Shown in pieces: positions 25,038 through 37,565 of a DNA stretch of 64,000 bases. The stretch comes from Trichoplax sp. H2 (taxonomy: Eukaryota): the NCBI GenBank assembly GCA_003344405.1, contig NOWV01000202.1:1-64000 (forward strand). The letters are read 5' to 3'. Every line of letters starts with the position of its first letter. The first letter of the stretch is position 1. A model generated the notes under the pieces. The model worked only from the letters and a program-made list of their open reading frames with translations. It did no database searches and was not told the DNA's origin. The position numbers and the translations under genes are program-made.

Positions 25038-27701
25038 ATGGCCGAACAGAGATTATTTGATACATTACAATTGAATAGGAATACAGAAGATTTAAAAGTT
25101 GCCATTACAAGAAAAAAGGACTTTTATATTGGAGTTACCGATGTTTTACCTAGTTTATCTTCTGATAAGCTTCGAAATTTAGGTAATCTATCGTTATTTG
25201 TATTTCTAACATCCTCCTTGATGAAATCGAGCCAGAAGCTAACATGTAATATGCCTATAGTAGATCATAATTTCTAGTCTTGACTTTGATTACTTGCAGA
25301 GATTGATGAGGAAAAAATTCAATCCTGGAAGTTAGACGAGGTGGTCATGTCTTAGACGATGAAGATTACGTCTACAATTCGTAAACATAAATTTGCGCTA
25401 TTATTAAAGCTCATCCATGCTTGTTGTCCATTAACGAAATAAAAATTTAATTCATATCAAGGACGAGAAAGGAGAAATACCACAGCAAAAGAGAACTAGT
25501 AAATCTTTATTAGCTCCAGTTATGCCTAAAGGAGCTACTTGGACTGATACACTGAATCGTTCTTGGCATCTTGGTAAACTGTTAGGAACTGGTGGTCATG
25601 GGCGAATTTATCACGGTATAACCGGCATAATCAGTAGAAATCTTTCCTGTGTCACCCTGTAGCATCACTATAGAACAGAGCCAGTAATTAATTTACTGAA
25701 GTATTGTAACCTAAAGTGATTTTATGTTGTTATTATCATAGTTGATCTATCTTCGGTTAATGTGGATGGAGTTTATCGATCGGATCACGAGAATGATGTC
25801 CAGGAATATATTATTAAAATTGTATGGATGTTGTAAAATTATCAAAATTGATCAGAGATAAGGATGATTATTGATTGATATTGGCAGCCTAACGATATAT
25901 AACTGTGTTACTAGGAACCAGCAACTAATTGTACAATTTTTATGGAGACCTTCTTTTATACTATCTTTGATAGAAATCAAACTAATTGTACGTAATGTTG
26001 AGTAAACTTATATTAACGGTACGCTCAAGTCAGTATTGCTTTACGATGTAAAATTATAATAAATTAATGAAATATAATAGGCAAGAGATGATGATACACT
26101 TTAATGGAAAGAGTAGTTTATGGACATCTAATAAACCCTTAATTTTACAAGTTATATATTTAGCTACAAATATAATTGGAGAACTTTATTGCATTGTAAC
26201 TCTATTTCTGTCAACTTATAATTTACTTTATTCACTTGGCTACATTTTTTAGCATAATTAAAATCATTCTTGCTATAGAAACAATCGGAATTGACTTTAA
26301 CTAGATAAATACAGCTAGAAATAGAATGAAAACACTTTTTCGCTGATAATTTGATTTTCATCAGTATACACAATTTAATTCATATTACAATGTCCATATT
26401 TATGATTTAACAGTTGCCTTGTGGAAGAAAAAGAATGGAATCCACTTTATTGGGGTGCCAAAATGTATAACTTGTGCTATCATTGAATATAAGAAAGAAA
26501 AGTACCAGTATTTAATTCTTGAAAAGCTGGGTCAAACCATCGATACGCTCTGGAAATCGAATGGTAAACAATTGAATTCCGAGATTGTTTTCGGTATTGG
26601 AATAAATTTGGTATGCAGATATTTATACAACGATTCTTCTACATAATGATGATTTTTAGATGATTAAATTGTTGCATCTTTTTAGTTACATACATTAGAG
26701 TACATTCATTCTCTCGGATTTGCTCATGCTGATATCAAGGGATCGAATATTCTGGTGGCTCCTCATCAGCAAGATTTGAGATTGGTATTTGAACGGCAAA
26801 TAGTGATATATTTGCCCGTAAAAATGAATAATATAAAAGGCAAGATCGATATATTAGCGTAATGTAATATATCAATATGTTTCGGACTGATTTAAGGTAT
26901 ATCTAATCGACTATGGCAATTGCCGTAATTTCCTTATAAATGGCACTCATAAGGAATATCTTCCGCGTAAATGGCTAAGCCATCAAGGTACTGCATTATA
27001 TACTAGCCGCGATGGTCATAAGGGGGTGGGTAAGCGCAGTAATTTAAAATTATGTAACTAATAGAATGGTCTAAATTATTATGGCAGAAGTTACATGTAA
27101 GTTTTCAATGTAAGAGTGAATTAATGATCTACAGGCTTATGCTAGAAATTCAATTTGTTGACAGCTCCATCGCGCCGAGGTGATATTGAAATCCTTGGTT
27201 ATGTCATGTTAAGATTAATTTGCGGAAAATTACCGTGGGAATTGGCGAATGTTAATAAAGACTTTATCGCCCAAGCAAAGATGAGGTAAATTGATTTTTA
27301 TTACTGGTGTTTACAGTAAAAATAATCCGTTGTATTTAATTTTCGACTACAAAATGAGATTATGCTTGAATGTCTAAAATATGGTTTTCCTATATGCCTA
27401 GCTATTGTAGTGACATTGATCAACTTATGAAGGATTGCTTCGCGCTATCTAATCATGGTAGTCTTGGTAAGAGAAATTTTTCAAGTATAGTGCTATAGCG
27501 GTCATAATTTAGCGAAGAGAGTTAACGGCAGACTTGCGTCATTTCTCTAGTATACCTGATACGTAGATAATGATCAATTTTTGGGCATTTCTAGATGTCT
27601 TAAAGACCTATTTGACTTATGCAGTCAGTATGGCCTATCATGAAGCACCGAATTACCGGTATCTTAGAGAAATATTAGAAAGTGGAATTCAAGGCGGATA
27701 G
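25038..27701 (+). CDS. Vaccinia-related kinase (VRK, CK1 group) homolog, ~12 exons
   Basis: Spliced product contains [85 protein letters not shown] and [10 protein letters not shown]; stop TAG at 27699-27701. Exact VRK ortholog not assigned; first two exons less certain. Confidence 0.87.
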
Positions 27702-28193
27702 ACTAGTTAACGAGGCCCTGCTATTGTGTTATTCATTTCATACTATTTCCTCCGACGTATGACTAAGGGAATTTCAATAATTTACTTGATTAAAGCTAAC
27801 ATATGCGTACTATCCAAGGAAGAGAATTGAAAGGATTTTTTGATAAAAAATTATTGAATGTACTGCACCACCATTAGTCTCCTCTCTAGTAATGGATTAT
27901 TTTGAAAAGAAAATTATCTACTTTGGCTATATCCAAGTGCCTTAACCTCATGTTGCACCTAGCCTCAATCTCCTGTAAAAGTTCAACTCTAAGAAATTTA
28001 TTCTTTAATTAAATTACGGAGTATTTTAATATTGGAAATATCCTAATTGGTTGATAAAGGAGACTTTTGGACATACTGTTGCATTTACAGCATATTTTCC
28101 ACTATATATTCTGTCACTCTCTCCGTCTTTGATTTGATTATACAGTATTTGATCTTGAATTTGTCCATTTTTCGGTATATCAATGTGCTCATT

Positions 28194-28398
28194 ACAGCTA
28201 ATGTTTCGTTTAATGGTGGAAATTATTTTAATATTCCATCGTCATGATTGACTTTTACTTAGGGCTTTTAAAATGGATTTACTAGTTCAGTTTATCAATA
28301 TGCTTTACAGCTAGCGTTGCGTTTAATAGTGGAATATTTTAATATTACATAGTCATGATTGACTTTTATTACGGCTTTTAAAATGGATTTACTAGTCC
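28194..28398. repeat. ~112-bp imperfect tandem duplication
   Basis: ACAGCTA...CGTTTAAT.GTGGAA...GTCATGATTGACTTTTA...GGCTTTTAAAATGGATTTACTAGT occurs twice. Confidence 0.8.
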
Positions 28399-28699
28399 TT
28401 TGCTTCTATCATTTTATTTCTTGGATCGTACTGCAATCATTAATTATGATCGAGGTTAAATGGTGGCTGAAAGCCATCTTGAGTAAAAGTCTTGCATGGA
28501 TTCCATGGTGTTCTTCACGGCATATCGAGTCAGGAGTGCTATCTAAAGGAAAGCTAGTAGAATAGCTCAATGAGTCTCGTCGATTGATATCGAGATTGGA
28601 ATGAGCAATACAGCTAGTATGGATAAGACAGAGCTTGGCCGTCTGCATGTTGAAGTCAGAAGTGCTATCATGATGAAAGCCACTCCAGCAGCATGGTTC

Positions 28700-30125
28700 A
28701 TCCCCACCATTTGCATCAGTAGTAGAATCAGTACTGCAAGCAGTATAGATTAACTTAAGCCTCTCCATTTGCATAGAGTAAAATTCTATTAAGCCATTTG
28801 TAAAATCATGACTGCAAGCAGTATAGATTAACTTGAGCCTCTCCATTTGTATAGAAATTAACATCAGTACTGCAAGCAGCATAGACTAGCTGAAGCCTCT
28901 CCATTTGCATAGAAAGTAAAATCAGTACTGCAAGCAGTATAGACAAACTTAAGGCTCTCCATTTACATAGAAATTAAAATCAGTACTGCAAGTAGTATAG
29001 ATTAACTTGAGCCTCTCCATTTGCATAGAGTAAAATTCTATTAAGCCATTTGTAAAATCATTACTGCAAGCAGTATAGATTAACTTGAGCCTCTCCATTT
29101 GTATAGAAATTAAAATCAGTACTGCAAGTAGTATAGACTAACTTAAGCCTCTCCATTTGCATAGAGAGTAAAATTTTATTAAGCCTCGTCATTTGCATAG
29201 AAAGTAAAATCATGACTGCAAGCAGTATAGACTAGCTGAAGCCTCTCCATTTGCATAGAAATTAACATCAGTACTGCAAGCAGCATAGACTAGCTGAAGC
29301 CTCTCCATTTGCATAGAGAGTAAAATTTTATTAAGCCTCGTCATTTGCATAGAAAGTAAAATCATGACTGCAAGCAGTATAGACTAATTTAAACCTCTCC
29401 ATTTGCATAGAAATTAAAATCAGTACTGCAAGTAGTATAGTATAGACTAACTTAAGCCTCTCCATTTGCATAGAGAGTAAAATTTTATTAAGCCTCGTCA
29501 TTTGCATAGAAAGTAAAATCATGACTGCAAGCAGTATAGACTAATTTAAACCTCTCCATTTGCATAGAAAGTAAAATCAGTACTGCAAGTAGTATAGACT
29601 AACTTAAGCCTCTCCATTTGCATAGAGAGTAAAATTTTATTAAGCCTCGTCATTTGCATAGAAAGTAAAATCATGACTGCAAGCAGTATAGACTAATTTA
29701 AACCTCTCCATTTGCATAGAAAGTAAAATCAGTACTGCAAGCAGTATAGACTAACTTAAGCCTCTCCATTTGCATAGAGAATAAAATTTTATTAAGCCTC
29801 GCCATTTGCATAGAAAGTAAAATCATGACTGCAAGCTGTACTGTATAGACTAACTTAAACCTCTCCATTTGCATAGAAAGTAAAATCAGTACTGCAAGCT
29901 GTATAGACTAACTTTAAACCTCTCCATTTGCATAGAAAGTAAAATCACTACTGCAAGCAGCCAGGCGAAAGCTATTAGAACAAGAGAGAGAGAGTCTTGT
30001 CCATTTGCATGTAGAAAGATCGAATCAGAACTGCAAGCAGTATAGGTTAAAAGCCTCTCCATTAGCATAAAATGAGAATCTTGTCCATTGGTGTGGAATC
30101 AGTACTGCAAGCAGTATGGTTGAAA
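28700..30125. repeat. Minisatellite: 58-bp and 36-bp monomers in a ~152-bp higher-order unit, with degenerate edges
   Basis: Consensus CAGTACTGCAAGCAGTATAGACTAACTTAAGCCTCTCCATTTGCATAGAAAGTAAAAT. ATTTGCAT spacing from about 29155 runs 36,58,58,36,58,63,36,58,58,36,58,58,36. Confidence 0.95.
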
Positions 30126-31064
30126 CAAGCTTTTTTTCGCGTCTCAGTCAGGAGTGTAATGATGTCAAAAGCTACTGAAACAGTACTGTTCGTCTGTTGT
30201 ATTTGTATATACAGTAAAATCAATGTAGTAATCGGTATCAATATCAATTCGACACTGTTCTCTGTCGCAGCTCAATGGGTGGATGACGTCACACTCTCCA
30301 CCATGGTTGTGTTGCGATTCCGGTATCAAGCTGTGTTCACTAACCATCGGTGTCTGAGTCATGGTCTAAGCCGTAAGACATTGTCTCTCCCCTGAAGCAC
30401 TACCCTAATAAGACAGCGATCGTCTAGACCATCCACGGCTCGACAGGTGACACTACAGACCCGTCGAGCGTCCACTACAGTCTACAGTATGCACGTACGT
30501 ACTGTGAACTTCGCACTCTACCGTATTGTACGGTATTTGAAGAAGGTTTCTCGTGACTGGAAAGGAATCCATGTTGCTATTTTGTTGGCTTGTTATCCAA
30601 TTATCCAAGCCCATATTTCCCCATCGACAGTTGATTCAATCATTCCATATCAAAATGTCCGTTGAAAACTAGCCTAGAATCTCTATTTTCTATCAAGGAT
30701 CTTTCTTACTGTCGTCGATTGCCTTGGATACGTCGAAAAATTGGCCCAACAACCAGTGTTTTGTATCCTTAATTGGTCAATGGATTGATCATTGGATTGA
30801 TGGAAAATCGTTCAAGCTAGTCAAGCCCATCCATCCTTGAATATTCGTTGACTTGAGCTAAAAATACTACTTATAGTGGGGAATTCAAGCCCCCTTGGGT
30901 GATCAAGTTGTTCTAAGCAATTGACATCACTTAATTAATTCCAAGGGCAAATTGGAAGGGATTCAATCCATTACTTTGTGGTCCTACCTACAGCAGATTA
31001 GCGTCTGCAACGATTGCGGACAGCAGCATCGTAGCCGTCTTTGGATCGTACAAATCGCTATAAA

Positions 31065-34000
31065 ATGATGAAAGATCCGGGTGGTCGAGCGTTCATTGAG
31101 CCCAGTGAAATTACCTTATTAGAAGTAAGAATTTCTCTTTATCACTCCTTTATCCTCTTTCGCCATTTCTTTTTTGTCTCTGTCATCCATTTCCAATCCT
31201 AAATATCAGCGCCAAAGATTGAAAAAAAATGTAAATAGTCGATGGTTATTCAGTCAAGACGAGTGTATCAATGATCTACATGTTGAATAACAATATTGAA
31301 ATAAATGTCAATCTGATAGCCTTCTGAGCAGATGGGGCATCCATGATTGAAATAATCTATCGGGTTGATATTCAGGGACAAATGGAAACCTTTTTACAGG
31401 AGCAAATATAGTAGACCACTCTTCATGCACGGACTGATTGATTACAACGATCAGTTTTCTGTGCAATGGATGAAAGATACAGTACATCGACGATATGATG
31501 ATTGGATAGTAAGTTGGCTAGATGCCTTCGATACCAAAATACTCCTGAACAAAGCTGCCGATCGTTAGGCTTATCTTACCATAATTAGCCATCATTGCTT
31601 AAATTGTTGAACGATTCTACTTGCCCATTGATCTTGCACCAATTTATGGGTACAAATGGATAGTCAGTATTATTGACCATGATACACCACAGCCCTCATC
31701 CTATTTTCTCTGATTTTTTATTCTGAAATAATTAATTGCACAAAGTAGACTAAAAGTAGGAACCTACTGATGCCTTCAATGTAGGTGATAAATCGATTCC
31801 TATGTTTCTCTATCTCCTCCATTTTTTCTTTTTTCGCTCTATTTCTACCGGATAGGTAGTACACTCACGCAAATCATCAACCTTTCACCGTTTTTTCATT
31901 CTGTTCAAGCCTATTTTACGCCCAGTACATAGTTGAGCGGCTTTAATAACAAAGTATGCCTACATCGTAGACTTTAAGCGCAGGCGATCGTGATCGACAT
32001 TGTCGCTCTCCTTCTGTAGTGTACTTGTCTCAACTAAAACTTTCCTAACCGCAACATTCGTCTTCATACAGACAACGATAGACCCATTTAGTTGTGGCAA
32101 CAAAATGTACGACTGCAGCTAACGCAAAAATTAAGTTGATATGAAATTTGCTTCTGCCGCAGACGTAATCTTGCAAGATATAGTATCTACTACTGATGGG
32201 AAATTTAATTTTTCCAATTCCATTTAAAAGAGTGTTTGTGTTTTCTATAGTGTTTAAGAAATAACTATACTCTACTCGTAAACCATACAAATACCTGATA
32301 ATTTGAAATACTAGTGTTGACAATTAGCTATAACTCGCCACCTATGCCTTTTTTTACTATTAGACCGTCGGTCGAGGCTCCTTTGGTGTTGTCCATAAAG
32401 CACGATGGCGAAGCCAAATTATCGCTGTGAAAATTATTGAAATCGATCAAAATCAAGAAGAAATTCAAAAGGAGGTAAGTTAGACACTGAAATGATCTAG
32501 TCACGGCAGCAAATTCCTGTTTATATTACACACTGTACATGTTATCATTTTGCCACTATTTCTGGCCTGTCATTATTGATAGGCCAGAAATAACTGATAA
32601 GATAGCAAAATTCAATTCCATTCCAGTCGCAAATAATTTGATAAAGAGACGTTTTTCTTCTTGAATCTCTAGGTTGACCAGTTATCCCAATTAGACCATC
32701 CTAATATCATACAATTATTTGGCATTTCGATATTACAATCTGCTGTAAGTACGAGTATATCGTTTCGTGGGCGTTTACTAACCTTTATCTTATTTTATCA
32801 AGTCATCACGCTAATTTTACACTATTTTCTTGACGTAACATGATGTTGTAATGGTTGTTGGTTGATAGGCGAATACACCCGATTATGAAGTTAATTGCTA
32901 ACTTTTGCTAATTCTTCAACTTTATTTTATAGCCTTCGTTGTTGATGGAATTCTCTGATTGTGGCAGTTTGCAAAAAGGTATAAGTACAGAGTAATACTA
33001 CTGAAAAACTGTACCTTGCCTATATCATGCAAGTAGCAGTAGACGTATAAAAGCAGGTTTGCCACCACAAATCCTTCTAATCCATCTGTTTTTCCTTCTC
33101 AATGTTTGTAGTATTGCACAATCAAAAAGATTTACAGTATACTTATGCCCATGCGATTGGTTGGATGCTTCAATCAGCTAAAGCGGTCGATTACTTACAT
33201 AGTATGACACCAAAACCATTGATGCATCGTGATTTGAAACCTCTCAAGTAAGTTTTATTTATGAATGGTAAAATTAAATTAAATCAATTTACAACTCGTT
33301 GATCATGAAGAGCATGCAGGACACACCAACAGATACTAACTGCATTGCGTGCCACCCAATTTCATATATATTTTTAACCTTGAATTCAATCAAGTCCTAA
33401 AGTTATAATCGTTGATTTGTTTTCCAGCATGTTGATGTTTAATTGTGCGACCGTCTTGAAAGTTTGCGATTTTGGTACTGTTTGTACCGCTCATACGCAA
33501 ATGACCGTTAACAAGGGCAGTGCTCCATGGATGGCTCCGGAAGTATTTCAGGGTAAAGTTATTAATACCTTTTTAAATAATCATCATTGAATTAGACGAT
33601 CTTGATACCATGTTCATACTGATGATAAATGAATCATTGTAGGGAGAAAGTACAGCGAGAAGTGTGATGTTTTCAGTTTTGCTATAATCATGTGGGAGAT
33701 TATGACCCGACGAGAACCATATGATCATATGGGTACGGAGAGAAGATCCTTTACCATACTATGGCAAGTCAGCGAAGGTATCTTATTTCTACAGATTGAC
33801 TATGACAATCAACCAATTCCTTACGCTATCCATTGTCCTATGTTTAAGACAATTAAATAGCCTAATCACGCACATTTTATAACGATCACAATCAGGTAAA
33901 AGACCTCCACTCATTAAAGGAATTCCAAAAGTATTAGAGAATCTAATGACAAGGTAAACGTTTAGCATTACCTTTTATATAGAACTATCATTTATTTTAC

Positions 34001-35554
34001 TGTTATAAAACCATCATCATTCGAATTTTATCATTCATAGGAGTTGGGCTCAAGATCCGGATGAACGGCCTTCTTTTAAAGAAATTGTCCAGAAACTTGA
34101 ATATTTATATCAGGTAAATCATTTTGTCAACATGATGGTGCTGTAATTTTCCTTGTTGCTATGCAAAAATTATTTTATAACGTTATCATCGCTACACGTA
34201 TACTCAGTTTTGTGTAGGCTCCAACAAACCTTTACAAGGTTTTGCCGAACCAACTAGCCAAACCGAAATTGATCATCCACAATATTTCTCGAATGGTAAG
34301 AACAAAATAGAAATGGATATACGCGTGATCAATCAAGATAGATAAACATTCCTAGTCCATCAAGGAGTATTTTCCTATTATTCTGTAATAGTGTTGTACA
34401 TAGTAGGTGTTTTGATTAACTTACTATGAGAAAACGGCTCATTTTCAGTTCTTCTTGTCACACTCTATAGCATCAGCATTAGCTACCGTGATTGATATTT
34501 CAAATCATACTGGCGTCCAGCAAGACGAATTAACGGTATATATATAGAGTTGGTGGTTGCTAAAGTTTAAAATAGAAGCAATAATTCTGTCTATATAGAT
34601 TAGGAGCGTTTGTTATTGCAATTACTTAAGACCAGCGATTTTTTACAGCCGATGCCACCTATCGAATCAAGTACGAAATCGATCAGAATTTATGAAGAGC
34701 ACACACGGGTACAACTGCAATTCTTCTTTTATAAAACGTAATACGATCTTTCGATCCTTAAAAATTAACTAACTTCTATTGCAGAAATTACAAAGATATT
34801 TGGATATTATAAAAGAAATTGATGCATTAAAGGGATTTTTGTAAGTAGGAGAATGTAGGCAAATTTACCCCTTAGTGTCGAGATTTGTTTTGTACATACA
34901 GCTACTAGAAGATGTTAACATTTGTTTATGTATGTAATAAACCTAATAACCTAGGGATGAATTAGATGAACAGGTCAATGTAGCAGAAAGCGAGGAGAAA
35001 AAAATGTTATTAGAAGTGGATAAATTGACTTCAGAAAAGGTATCAGTATGCAGTAACAGGGAGATAAATAGAAAATTGTCTTCTGATACTAGATTTCCTA
35101 AGGGCACTGCCGATGAGATTCACCAATTTTAGCTACGTGAACAACATGTATTAATATTTTGTAGATCGTATCGAGTTGTGTTTAAGATCATATAGACTAT
35201 GGGTTAATTAGATACGTTATTCTTTAATATTCGTATGCTAATACTTAAATAATTGAGATAATAAAATTAGATATTGTAGTTGTTATAACTTTGTACTGAA
35301 TATTCGTTACATACCCGCTTTTGCATAACAGCCACGAATTGTATAGTTTGTCGATTTAAAAGGAGAAAAAAATATCACTAATGTTTCTGGAATTATTAAT
35401 AATTATTACTTTGATATTAGCTTACTGTTTGCCATTTATTTCGTCTTGGAAATGATGACTGATATCGTATGCTTTATCTCTTTAGGGTAAAATGGTAGAA
35501 TTGCAAAAGGACCTCGAATATCAGCTGAACATGATTGCAAATCAGAGCAATTAA
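31065..35554 (+). CDS. MAP3K7: TGF-beta-activated kinase 1 (TAK1) homolog, ~15 exons, ~410 aa
   Basis: First exons 31065-31124 and 32364-32474; last exon about 35486-35554. Motifs [75 protein letters not shown] and [11 protein letters not shown]-terminal [18 protein letters not shown] plus coiled-coil-like tail resembles the TAK1 TAB2/3-binding region. Confidence 0.9.
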
Positions 35555-37565
35555 TATTGTGATTGCTACAACTGCTCAATGCCTTTAAATGAATGAGTCA
35601 AACACGATATCGACAATTTTATAGATCTATTCAGTAATAACATAATTTATCACTATGTAAATTCTAAATTCTACAATAAGCAACTTTATTGACTATCTAA
35701 AGGTTAAATTTCATGCTATATCTGTGAATAGTTTACTGGCAGCAATGTACTTTAAGAAAGCCATATTTTGTAAAGGACATAATCTAATATTGTACCAATC
35801 GATTATATTACTGTTACAGTTCGTTGTTGGTTTCTAAGAAACCAACGTAAAGATCAAATTAAACTTTATACGCCTTGGTATTGAAAGTTATGTGAAAGTC
35901 CATGCTATATTGTTGCTCTGTTGCTAAATTAATAATTTTGCTCAGTTGTTTCTGTGTGATATAGTCGCTTTTATTACCTTTTAAGTACTGTATTACTACC
36001 TTATTTTGTAAATATAGCAGATTTATCGACAGTACAATAATGATTTGTACGGTAAAATGCTACATGATGTGCTTAAATAATTGGGTAAGTAAGTCCGTTT
36101 TATTATACTACAAAATGGTAATAATATTACCTGCATAATTTCGGTTAAAAATTACAATATATTTGTTGTCTTGCAATAAGTAACTAATTCAATTTCAATT
36201 GTAAATATTTCTACCAAAGATATAAACTCAGTTTATGGCTATTATCACGCAGATGCATTGTCTGATCTTGTATGTTCAATAAATTTTCAAGGCTTGATAT
36301 AAACCTTGAAATTATGTTTGCCATCGGCTCGATGTTGAATGTAGAAGTGGACTATTCGTAGCTCGATAAAAAAGTGTAATCGGTACGGGAATTGAGGAGA
36401 TCATTTTTGTCTACTATTGTAAATTATGTAGTAACTCTTACTTAGTTACTTTTCTGTAAGAGTTAAGAGTGCAGGTCTACTTTGATACCACGGCATTAGC
36501 TGTAATACAGTCCTATAGTGATCATTAATAGCACGCAACGATATACAAAGTCTTGATTATATTCCTATCGCTGTAGTGTTACATGCAAAGGACCAGATTC
36601 GTGTTACATCTTTCAACCTGGGTTAAGTCTTACGATTTATCTGCAATAGCTAATATCAAGTAGTAAATTCATATATATACTGTAGGTGTAGTTTATATTT
36701 CAATCCACCATTTAAGTTTCTTTACATTTATTACATGAATCATGAAATAAACAGTTTAGGTTCTGACTAAAGTAATTTGCGTATTTCGACGCATTGCATT
36801 TTTTCATTAGAGAGTAACGGAAAAATCTCAACAAGTAGATGATATAATCTACAAATGCATAATTACCGCCCGTAGTACGTACGTTTTTACTTTAATACAA
36901 AGCTGAATTCTTGGTAACAGAGTTATCAAGTACTAAGCCAATTAGATACGAATGCATCTAGCTATTGTAAACTACCACGTCTGGAAAATATTGAATTTAA
37001 TGAAATTACCGTAAATCCACTGTAATAATTTCATATACTAGAAGAGTAGACATCAATCATGCCTTACTGGGGTATACATATGATGCGATATTGTCAATAC
37101 GAATAGGATTATAATTACATAGTAGTCAGAAATCATTTCGGTCAGCAACTTTAACTACAAAGCAAATGCGTATCGTAGGTATGAAATACTATAGGTGCAG
37201 AAATGAAATAGTAATTTCATATCAAAGAGCCGATACGAAAGTGATTGTTTCTACGCGGATAATAAAAAGTAACTGATCCCTAGATAACAATTATCATACC
37301 ATAGATAAGCATGAGCTAATACTTTTTATACACCAGTATTATTTGTTTACTAAAGTTACCATAGTATAGAGATGAAGCGAATATGAAGCTTTCTATAAAA
37401 CAGGTCAATTTACATGCTCTACTACAGTGCAAATTATTCTTTACTGTAACAAAAAAAGAATAAAATTATTGGCGTATTTTAAAGATTAACTAAGTGTACT
37501 AGACTTTTTCAATTTATATCATTGAAAGTCCAACACTGAATAATTTTCTTTGGCATAATTTTTAT

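Noticed and set aside
28700..30125. CRISPR-like appearance of regularly spaced repeats
   Set aside because: No unique spacers, monomers are contiguous, no cas genes, and the context is eukaryotic.
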